40,471 bases of DNA from contig JAWCPB010000005.1 of the NCBI GenBank assembly GCA_038870455.1, forward strand, positions 1-40,471. The letters are read 5' to 3'. This document shows positions 1 to 7,406 of this stretch, in pieces. Both the position numbers and the translations under genes were made by a program. This DNA comes from Candidatus Micrarchaeia archaeon (GTDB lineage Archaea > Micrarchaeota > Micrarchaeia > Burarchaeales > JACRGF01). Under the pieces are notes generated by a model. That model searched no databases. It saw only the letters and a list, made by a program, of their open reading frames with translations, and was not told the DNA's origin. The stretch's first letter is position 1. Every line of letters begins with the position of its first letter.

Positions 1-10
1 TTTTTCCGTC

Positions 11-40
11 AACGCTTTTTCGGTTCGCCGAAAAAGGGTT
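11..40. repeat. Hairpin AACGCTTTTTCGG-TTCG-CCGAAAAAGGGTT (possible terminator or part of a structured element)
   Basis: 13-bp stem with one mismatch and a TTCG loop, read directly; lies downstream of the minus-strand transglutaminase gene. Confidence 0.7.
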
Positions 41-62
41 GGGGCCCGAAGGTCTAGGACGA

Positions 63-120
63 CACAAGAGGTGACTCGACTGAAATACTCCCTTTTATTC
101 TACTCGAGTCACCTCTTGTG
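63..120. repeat. Perfect 17-bp inverted repeat with 24-nt spacer
   Basis: 63-79 CACAAGAGGTGACTCGA is the exact reverse complement of 104-120 TCGAGTCACCTCTTGTG. Confidence 0.95.
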
Positions 121-1471
121 AATGGGGGGAACTTCCCCCCTCTGTCTTTTGCTGCCACAGCGCGAGGACTACGGCAGCAACCGTCACCGCGAGTATTATC
201 GCCAGGAAGAGTTTGAATGTTGTCGGAATGTTTTCGCCGACTCCGAGGCCGTAGGCTTCGGGTTGGGGCGGTGGCGCCCTCTGCGCGTATATTATCCGCT
301 GGAAGGAGGCGCTCGCGCTCGTTCCCTGTGTCTTCACTGTGATGGGGAAAGTGTATAAGTTGTTGGGCTCGAGCTCGGGAAGCGACAGGTTCCAGGTCAG
401 TTCCTTGCTTTCGAGCGGCTTGAGATAGACCAGCCTGCTGGTTTCGGTTGCGGCCACTCCGCGCGGCGGGATGAGCAGAAGCGGTGCGAACACGAAGCTG
501 TCCTCGGAGTTGGTTATCTTTACTCTCACGGTTTGGCTGTGCATGTCGCTGTCTGGCAGGGTGAGCTCGAGTGAAACCCTCGGCTGGAACGGCTGCGCTT
601 CCTTTACTGTGATGGAATAGTTTTTGGCGAGCCCGAGCTGCACGCCGATTTCCCCCCTCGCGTGCAGCACGTCCTTTACATAGCTCTGGTCGAGCGCTTC
701 GGCGAGCTTGACGTGCGCGGCGTCGAGCACGAGCAGCTCGTTGAAAGTAGGGTCCGCCGGCACCCAGCCATAGCCCGGCACCCACACTTCGGCCCATCCG
801 TGAAGCCCCCATTCCTGTCCGGTGTTGATGTAGCCCGAGGCGAACCTCGCGGGAAGGCCGAGCGAGCGCGCGAGCGCGAGGAAGAGGTGCGCGTACTCGT
901 CGCACGTTCCCCGCCTGTTGGCGAAGACCCATTCGGACGAGTAATTGACTTCTCCGAGTTGCCTGTCGTACTGCACGTTGTTGTAAGTCCATTCCACGAG
1001 GCCCGCGAGGACCTCTAACGCGTCATTGCTTCCGTTTGCAATTCCCAACGCGGTCTCCCGAATTTCCAGCGTCACGACCACGAGCGGCGAGGCGCGCGTG
1101 TAGTCGGCGAGCTCCGGGGGCACCGGGTAGGGGTAGGGAACCGGCCGGGTTATGTTGTTGCTCCTGTAATCCACGCTCACCGAAGAAGAGACGGCGATTG
1201 TAGTCTGGTTCGGCACGTCGGCGTCGAAAAGCATTCTCGCTCCGTCGCCGGTCCCCCAGGAGAACGCGTGCGTCGTGGCATAAACCCCAACGCGCTGGTT
1301 GGTGTCATTGACCGGCGCGAGCCCGTAGAGGGTCACGGGGTACGGGAACGGCTGGCCCCTCGCCTCGATGAACCACTCGGTGCTCGCGTCCGCCCGCATC
1401 GCCCCCATTTCCCTTACATTCAGCGCGGCGGAGCAAGCGAGCATGAGGAGGAGAAGGAAAATGCGTTTCAT
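95..1471 (-). CDS. Secreted, membrane-anchored transglutaminase-like (TGase/cysteine protease fold) protein
   Basis: N-terminal signal peptide; triad motifs GTCDEYAHLF, HGWAEVW, DPT; C-terminal TM helix; several N-X-S/T sequons. Confidence 0.88.
   Translation of the reverse strand: MKRIFLLLLMLACSAALNVREMGAMRADASTEWFIEARGQPFPYPVTLYGLAPVNDTNQRVGVYATTHAFSWGTGDGARMLFDADVPNQTTIAVSSSVSVDYRSNNITRPVPYPYPVPPELADYTRASPLVVVTLEIRETALGIANGSNDALEVLAGLVEWTYNNVQYDRQLGEVNYSSEWVFANRRGTCDEYAHLFLALARSLGLPARFASGYINTGQEWGLHGWAEVWVPGYGWVPADPTFNELLVLDAAHVKLAEALDQSYVKDVLHARGEIGVQLGLAKNYSITVKEAQPFQPRVSLELTLPDSDMHSQTVRVKITNSEDSFVFAPLLLIPPRGVAATETSRLVYLKPLESKELTWNLSLPELEPNNLYTFPITVKTQGTSASASFQRIIYAQRAPPPQPEAYGLGVGENIPTTFKLFLAIILAVTVAAVVLALWQQKTEGGSSPHSQEVTRVE
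124..140. repeat. Palindrome GGGGGGAA-C-TTCCCCCC
   Basis: 8-bp perfect arms read directly. Confidence 0.85.
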
Positions 1472-1815
1472 TCTCTTCCCTTTAAGCGGTTTTTCTCATC
1501 TACGAAAACGATTTTTGGCTTCAGCCTCCACGCCTCGTTTTCCGCCAGGACCTCCTCCGCAGCTATTATTATTTCGTCCCCACGCCTGCAAAGCCGTGCG
1601 GCCGCGCCCATCACAGTAACCTCCCCTCTTTTTCCCGGCACAACGTAAGTCCGGAACCTCTTTCCGTTCGAAACGTTCCAGACATGGACCATCTCGTGCG
1701 GCAGCATGCCCGCTGCTTTGAGCAGCCCGCTATCGACAGCCAGGCTTCCAGAGTAATGCAGCTTCGTTCCCGTCACTCTCGCGCCGTGGATTTTTCCCCT
1801 CATCATAACGCGCAT
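1468..1815 (-). CDS. panD: Pyruvoyl-dependent aspartate 1-decarboxylase
   Basis: Start reassigned to ATG at 1815 (MRVMMRGKIH); KIH, HYSG/SL self-cleavage site, NGKRFRTY, GAAAR; ATGA overlap with next gene. Confidence 0.9.
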   Translation of the reverse strand: MRVMMRGKIHGARVTGTKLHYSGSLAVDSGLLKAAGMLPHEMVHVWNVSNGKRFRTYVVPGKRGEVTVMGAAARLCRRGDEIIIAAEEVLAENEAWRLKPKIVFVDEKNRLKGRE

Positions 1816-1835
1816 GCTGATACCAGAGACGCTCC

Positions 1836-1849
1836 AAATATAAATATAT
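1836..1849. promoter_or_regulatory. Shared TATA-box region of divergent promoters
   Basis: AAATATAAATATAT in the 49-nt gap between divergent starts at 1815 and 1865. Confidence 0.65.
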
Positions 1850-1864
1850 GCGGCAAATAGCTTC

Positions 1865-3958
1865 ATGCGCCGGCTGTTCCTGGCGTTTCTGCTCGCCTCC
1901 GCTTGTTTTGCCGAGAAGATCGACAACCCCCAGCTCGTGACTCTCATCGAGGGCGTTGTCGTTGAGGAAGGGGTTGTGCGCGCCCTCTCAGGCGAGATCA
2001 CCGAGCTGCGCCTCAACCTTTCCGTGCCGCAGCAGAGCGCCAGGCAGGACGCGTTTTACTCCGGCGCGACGCAACGCGATGACGAGGGGAATTCGGTTGC
2101 AACGATTTTCGTTCCGAACCCGCCGAATCCCTTCCCCTACAGCATTCAGACTCGCATCACGGCCCGCTCTCACCAGACCACATTTCTTCCCCTGAACTAC
2201 TCGGTTCCATCCGAGCTCCTGGCCTACGCGCGCCCGACGCCCCGCATCCAGAGCGATGACCCACGCATTCAGAGGCTGGCCCGCGAGATAACCGCAGGCT
2301 CCCGCGACGACTTCGAGAGGGTTGCCAGGCTCGCCGTATTCACCCACGACTATCTGAAGTATGACGCTTCGCTGGCGGGCGAGGTGAAGGACGCCCTGTG
2401 GGCCCTCGACAACAAGCGCGGCGTGTGCGTCGAGTACAGCGCGCTGTTCGCCGCGCTCGCCCGCTCGCTGGGCTTTCCCACGCGCTCCGTGGCCGGCTAT
2501 GCGGTGAGCGAGGACGGCGAGTGGCTGGGGCACGCTTGGAACGAGGTTTTTCTCGGCGAATGGGTTCCCGTGGACGCCACTTGGCTGGAGGTGGGCTCGC
2601 TTGACGCCACGCACATTGAGATGCTGCGGGCGAACGACAAGACTTTCGGCAACAACCTCAGCGTGCTCATGCGGCCGGGCACTCGGATAGACTGGAGCAA
2701 CCGGAACATGCTGGGAAGCGAGGTTCAGGCTGTGCGGCCCACGCGCGTCGAGCTCGCGCAGCCTGAAAGCAGCTTCGACCTCGAGCTCGCCTCCCCGGTT
2801 CTACAGCCCGGGGGGGAAACAATTGCTTGGCTCGAGTTTCCAGCAAGCGATTACCGCGTTGTCGAGGCGTCCCTCGAGCCGTGCAAGGGTCCTTCCGTCA
2901 TTGCCTCGGTTGAGGACAGGGAGCGCGCGCTTATCACAAGGCCGGGTGAGAAGGTCGCCGTGGCTTGGCGCGTCCGCGCCTCTCCCTCGCTTTCTTCTTC
3001 GTTCATCTACACCTGCCCACTTTTACTGAACTCTCCCTTTCTCGAGGAGAGGCCTGTCGAGCTCAGGATAGAGCCCGGCGCACCCAGCGCTTCCCTCGAG
3101 GCCTGGCTTTCCTCCAACCAGCTTCTGCCCGGCGGAGAGCAAACCGTTTTCTTCAAGGTGAAGGGCGGCTCGCCCTCGAAAATAGGGGTTGCGGCGGGCG
3201 AAGGCGTTTTCTTCTCCCAGGCCCCCTCGCCCGGCCTGACCGGCTCGCTCTCTTATTCCCCGCGCGGCCTCGGCTTCCAGAAAATATTCGTTTTCACCGA
3301 CCAGGGTGGCGTGGTCGAACTGAACTTCAACATCACCCACTCGCTCGCTCTCTTTCTCCAGAATGCCTCCTTCCCCACCAGCCTGCTCGAGGGAAGCCTC
3401 GCGAGCGTGAACGTCTCGCTTTTCCTCAACCGCTCGGTTCCCGGAAGCGTCCGGCTCTCGCTTTCCCTAGACAATGAGTCTGATTTTGAGACAGCTGTTT
3501 TCAACGGCTCGGCCAACCTATCTCTTTCTGCTCCCGCCACCGTGCCCGGCGCGCGCGAGCTCATTCTCGTGATAGAGGGAGACGGCACACGCATTGAGCA
3601 GAGGCAGGCGGTTCGCGTTGTGGCAAAGCCGGCGGTCGGCGTTCGCGGAGTTTCCCCGCCTTCCGGAAACTCGACAGTCTTCATCACGCTCTCATTCGTG
3701 GGCGAGCCCACCAATGTCACAATTTCTTCCGATGGACAGGCGGTTCGGCTGCGTCAGGGCGAGTGGGCCGCGCCCCTTCGCATGTTTCCAGGCATGCGCA
3801 ACATAACGATAACTTGGCGCGACGAGTTCGGAAACTTCTATCAGAAGACTGAAGAAGTGTGGGTCCCCAGCACGCCGCTTCCCTGCCTGCCCGCGCTCAT
3901 CGCCGGCTTTGCCTCAGCCCTGCTTTGCCTTCACGGCTTTTTCAAACGCGCGCATTAA
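1865..3958 (+). CDS. Secreted transglutaminase-like protein with C-terminal beta-rich (Ig-like?) region and membrane anchor
   Basis: Signal peptide; GVCVEYSALF, HAWNEV, VDATW triad motifs; many sequons; C-terminal Cys-containing hydrophobic tail followed by basic residues. Confidence 0.88.
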   Translation: MRRLFLAFLLASACFAEKIDNPQLVTLIEGVVVEEGVVRALSGEITELRLNLSVPQQSARQDAFYSGATQRDDEGNSVATIFVPNPPNPFPYSIQTRITARSHQTTFLPLNYSVPSELLAYARPTPRIQSDDPRIQRLAREITAGSRDDFERVARLAVFTHDYLKYDASLAGEVKDALWALDNKRGVCVEYSALFAALARSLGFPTRSVAGYAVSEDGEWLGHAWNEVFLGEWVPVDATWLEVGSLDATHIEMLRANDKTFGNNLSVLMRPGTRIDWSNRNMLGSEVQAVRPTRVELAQPESSFDLELASPVLQPGGETIAWLEFPASDYRVVEASLEPCKGPSVIASVEDRERALITRPGEKVAVAWRVRASPSLSSSFIYTCPLLLNSPFLEERPVELRIEPGAPSASLEAWLSSNQLLPGGEQTVFFKVKGGSPSKIGVAAGEGVFFSQAPSPGLTGSLSYSPRGLGFQKIFVFTDQGGVVELNFNITHSLALFLQNASFPTSLLEGSLASVNVSLFLNRSVPGSVRLSLSLDNESDFETAVFNGSANLSLSAPATVPGARELILVIEGDGTRIEQRQAVRVVAKPAVGVRGVSPPSGNSTVFITLSFVGEPTNVTISSDGQAVRLRQGEWAAPLRMFPGMRNITITWRDEFGNFYQKTEEVWVPSTPLPCLPALIAGFASALLCLHGFFKRAH

Positions 3959-4414
3959 CTCCTCGTCCCTGGCCACCAGCAGCACTTTTTTCGGAAAATC
4001 CTTTCTCCACACCATAAGCTCTCCCGCCATGGCGGCAGCCGCCTTCTCGGCAGGCACGCCCCCCACGCCCGTACCCATTCCAGGAAAAGCGATCGACTCG
4101 AGCTGCAGCTCGTTCGCCGACTCCAACGCCGCCTTCACCGCCTTCCTCACGGCGGCAACGTCCGTTTTCCCGGGCGTGCGCATGGTGGGCGCATGCAAAA
4201 CAAATTTCGCGGGCAGTTTCCCCGCAGTGGTCGCGGCCGCCTTTCCGACGGGAATGGGCGCTCTGGCCACCGCCTCGCGCTCAATCTCTTCCCCGCCCGC
4301 CTGCCTTATGGCCAGCGCCACCCCCCCACCCATCCACCCGAATGAATTCGCCGGATTGACAATGGCGTCGCACGCCACGCGCGTGATGTCGCCTTGGAGG
4401 ACCTCGATTTTCAT
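3914..4414 (-). CDS. Macro domain protein (ADP-ribose binding/hydrolase, YmdB/MacroD-like)
   Basis: Start at 4414 with GGTGA RBS; GDIT, IVNPANS..GGGVA, FPGMGTGVGG. Confidence 0.92.
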   Translation of the reverse strand: MKIEVLQGDITRVACDAIVNPANSFGWMGGGVALAIRQAGGEEIEREAVARAPIPVGKAAATTAGKLPAKFVLHAPTMRTPGKTDVAAVRKAVKAALESANELQLESIAFPGMGTGVGGVPAEKAAAAMAGELMVWRKDFPKKVLLVARDEELMRAFEKAVKAKQG

Positions 4415-4460
4415 CCGCTCACCACAACTTATTTTAATTCCCCAGCCAATTCTTTTCGAT

Positions 4461-5942
4461 ATGCGCGTTTGGGTAAAAAAACTTGGGGTCGAGCAGGTTG
4501 CCGATGCCGCCCTTGTCCTCACGTGTTTCCAGGGAACGACCTCGCAGGAAATGAGGTGCAAGCCCATCATCCCCCTCGTTTCCCCCTTAATAGAGAGCGG
4601 CGAGTTCAACGGAAAGCTTCTCCAGACCGCGCTCATCCACGCGGAGGGCAAGCACCCGAGCGAACGCATTCTGCTCATCGGGCTGGGAAAGAAAGAGGAG
4701 TTTTACAAGGACATCATCAGGCAGGCGGCCGCCAAAGCAGTCCTCTTCCTTTCCGACCTCGGCATAAAGACCTTCTCCATCACCCTGCCGCCCGCGGACA
4801 TTCCCCCCGAAGAGTCTGCGGCGTGCATTGCCGAAGGCGCCCTTCTGGCGAACTATTCCTTCACGAAATTCAAGAGCCCCGAGGAGGAAGAGCCGAAGAA
4901 AGAGATTGATGAGGTGACCATTGTTGTCGGAGAACAGGAGCGCGCAGTCTCTGCTGCCGCAGAGCGCGCTGTCATTGTCGCCGAATCGGCGAACTACGCG
5001 CGCGAGCTGGCGAATACTCCGGCGAACACCGCAACCCCGGCATACATGGCCGGCGAGGCGAAGCGGCTCGCGAGGGAATGCGGGCTGAGGGTTTCGGTTT
5101 ATGGAAGAGAGCAGCTTAAGAAAATGGGCTTCAACGCTCTCCTGAGCGTGGCGAGCGGAAGCGCCCAGCCTCCCAACCTCGTCGTGCTGGAGTACAACGC
5201 GGGCAAGAATCCGACGCTCTGCCTCGTTGGGAAAGGCATCACCTTTGACGCTGGAGGCATTTCCATCAAGCCCAGCGAGGGCATGGACAAGATGAAGTGG
5301 GACAAGAGCGGCGCCTGCGCGGTTCTCGGGGCAATGCGCGCGGTCAGCAGGCTCAAGCTCCCCCTACACGTTGTTGCGCTACTTCCCTTCACCGAAAACC
5401 TTCCGAGCGGAACCGCAGGCAAGCCAGGCGACATCGTGAAGGCCGTTGATGGAAAAACAATCGAGGTGCTCAACACGGACGCGGAGGGCCGCCTGGTTCT
5501 TGCGGATGCGCTGGCTTTCGCGTGCCGGAAGTTCAAGCCCCGAGCGGTTATCGACATCGCCACGCTGACGGGCGCCGTTCTCGTCGCGCTGGGAAGCCAG
5601 TGCGCGGCCGTGCTCGGCGACAGGGAGCTCGTCGAGCCGCTGAAGGCTGCGGGCGAGGCCGCGCACGAGCGCCTGTGGGAGCTTCCCCTGTGGAAGGATT
5701 ATTTCGAGTACATGAAAAGCGCGAACGCGGACATAGCGAACATCAGCCAATACAAGGAGGCGGGAACCATCACGGGCGCTGTTTTCCTCAAGAAATTCGT
5801 CGGAGAGGGAGTGAAGTGGGCGCACATTGACATCGCGGGCGTGGCTTGGATGGAAAGGGACAGGCACTACTGGAGGAAGGCGAGCGCCACTGGCTTCGGC
5901 GTCAGACTGCTGACAAGATTTCTCGAAGCGTGGAAGGGCTAG
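4461..5942 (+). CDS. pepA: Leucyl aminopeptidase (M17)
   Basis: GKGITFDAGG, MKWDKSG, NTDAEGRL, DIATLTGA; start reassigned to ATG 4461. Confidence 0.95.
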   Translation: MRVWVKKLGVEQVADAALVLTCFQGTTSQEMRCKPIIPLVSPLIESGEFNGKLLQTALIHAEGKHPSERILLIGLGKKEEFYKDIIRQAAAKAVLFLSDLGIKTFSITLPPADIPPEESAACIAEGALLANYSFTKFKSPEEEEPKKEIDEVTIVVGEQERAVSAAAERAVIVAESANYARELANTPANTATPAYMAGEAKRLARECGLRVSVYGREQLKKMGFNALLSVASGSAQPPNLVVLEYNAGKNPTLCLVGKGITFDAGGISIKPSEGMDKMKWDKSGACAVLGAMRAVSRLKLPLHVVALLPFTENLPSGTAGKPGDIVKAVDGKTIEVLNTDAEGRLVLADALAFACRKFKPRAVIDIATLTGAVLVALGSQCAAVLGDRELVEPLKAAGEAAHERLWELPLWKDYFEYMKSANADIANISQYKEAGTITGAVFLKKFVGEGVKWAHIDIAGVAWMERDRHYWRKASATGFGVRLLTRFLEAWKG

Positions 5943-6405
5943 CCTCCCCCCGCTTGACCTCAACAACTTTTCCCTTTCCTTTAAACGCTCCCACCAGCTT
6001 TTCACCAACTACCGCAAGCACGGGCTTTCCGCTCTCCAGCGCCCTCGCCACGGCCTCGCGGAACTTTTCGCTAAACCATTCCATCCTTCCAATTTCGTCT
6101 ATGGTGATAACGTCTTTTTCCCGGATAGCTTCTTCGATTGCAGGGATGGCCACCCCCTCGAACTCCTCCACCATCACCCTGTATTTTCCCACGCGGGGCT
6201 CGCCGGGCTCGGCTTTTGCAAGCCAGCCGCTTCGCCCGCTCGCGGCATCGACAACGAGGAAGCCCGTGCGCTCGCCCCTCTCGTCTCTCACCTCGGGCGT
6301 GAGTATGCCGCCAATCTTTTTTCTTTCAGCCTTCAGCGCGTCGGTCGCCTGCTTGAGCAACGTGCTTTTTCCGCTGCCGGGCTTTCCTGTTATGAAGACG
6401 TTCAT
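5902..6405 (-). CDS. Nucleoside-triphosphatase (THEP1/NTPase_1 family)
   Basis: FITGKPGSGKST, GGILTPEVR..R.GF, VGKY, IDEIGRME. Confidence 0.92.
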   Translation of the reverse strand: MNVFITGKPGSGKSTLLKQATDALKAERKKIGGILTPEVRDERGERTGFLVVDAASGRSGWLAKAEPGEPRVGKYRVMVEEFEGVAIPAIEEAIREKDVITIDEIGRMEWFSEKFREAVARALESGKPVLAVVGEKLVGAFKGKGKVVEVKRGEASPSTLREILSAV

Positions 6406-6464
6406 GTTCCCGCATCAGGTTGTGGGGAGGAAACCAATTAAAGCTGCATTGAGAGTTCTCATTC

Positions 6465-7406
6465 GTGGTAGAGGCGCTGGAACTTAAAGGGGTTTCGGTC
6501 CGCTACGGCAGCGTCCAGGCCCTCATCGACTGCGACTTGGAGGTTCACGCCGGCGAGGCCTTCGGCCTGCTGGGCCCGAACGGCGCGGGCAAGTCCAGCC
6601 TGTTCAAAGCCGTTGCAGGCCAGGTTTACTGCTCTGGTTCGGTTCGCCTGTTCGGCCGCGCTGTCAAGGAAAAGAGCGCGCGGAAGGAGCTCGGAATCGT
6701 TCCGCAGGAGTACGCCTTCTTCCACGATTTTACCGTGGAGGAGAACTTGTGGCTGCTGGGCAGGCTGCACGGGCTGCGCGGGAAAATCCTGGACGAGCGC
6801 GTTCAGGAGCTCCTGGATGCGTACAATCTGCGCAGGTTCCGCAGGCGCAGGGCCGCCGAGCTCTCCGGCGGGTTCAAGCGGCTGATGAACATCGCCGCTT
6901 CCGTCGTCCACTCCCCGCGCCTGCTCTTGCTTGACGAGCCCACCGTGGGCCTGGACCTGGACATGCGCCGCAGGGTGTGGGGGGTGATAAGGAAGCTAAG
7001 GGAACAGGGGGTCACCCTCGTCCTCAGCACGCATTACCTGGAGGAGGCGCAGGCGCTGTGCGACCGCATTGCCATAATCTTCCAGGGAAAAATTTTCGCG
7101 CTCGGCTCGCCAGCCGAGCTGGTGAAAAAGCACGGGGGCGACGCGCTCGTGTCCGCACTCGTGTCCGCGCCGGTGGACGCGCTGCTTCCGAGCGTGAGGG
7201 ACATCAGCGGGGTGACGTCCGTGAAGGTGGAGGAGACCCAGCTCTTGGTCAGGTGCAAGCCCGAGGCTTCTTCCGACGTGGCCCTGGAGGTCATGCGGCT
7301 GCTCGACAAGCACGGCGTCGTCTTCCAGAAGTTTTCGACGAGGCTTCCGTCCCTTGACGATGTGTTCCTCAATGTTGTCGGCGCGGAGTTGGGTGCGGTT
7401 GCATGA
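6465..7406 (+). CDS. ABC-2 exporter ATP-binding subunit
   Basis: GPNGAGKS, LSGG, LLLDEP, STH; GTG start. Confidence 0.93.
   Translation: MVEALELKGVSVRYGSVQALIDCDLEVHAGEAFGLLGPNGAGKSSLFKAVAGQVYCSGSVRLFGRAVKEKSARKELGIVPQEYAFFHDFTVEENLWLLGRLHGLRGKILDERVQELLDAYNLRRFRRRRAAELSGGFKRLMNIAASVVHSPRLLLLDEPTVGLDLDMRRRVWGVIRKLREQGVTLVLSTHYLEEAQALCDRIAIIFQGKIFALGSPAELVKKHGGDALVSALVSAPVDALLPSVRDISGVTSVKVEETQLLVRCKPEASSDVALEVMRLLDKHGVVFQKFSTRLPSLDDVFLNVVGAELGAVA

Noticed and set aside
110-145. Minus-strand GGGGAAGTTCCCCCC resembling the RNase P RNA conserved region I
   Set aside because: The following helices and conserved regions are not recognisable, and the match is explained by the palindrome; an Rfam search would settle it
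3909-4460. Apparent 184-aa N-terminal extension of PepA
   Set aside because: It is the antisense of the macro-domain gene; ATG 4461 follows an AT-rich promoter gap
3914-5942. 40-45 bp overlaps of convergent gene ends (3914-3958, 5902-5942)
   Set aside because: Ordinary feature of compact archaeal genomes
6450-6461. TGAGA-GT-TCTCA palindrome before the ABC ATPase
   Set aside because: Only 5-bp arms, no second copy and no regulator nearby; could be chance
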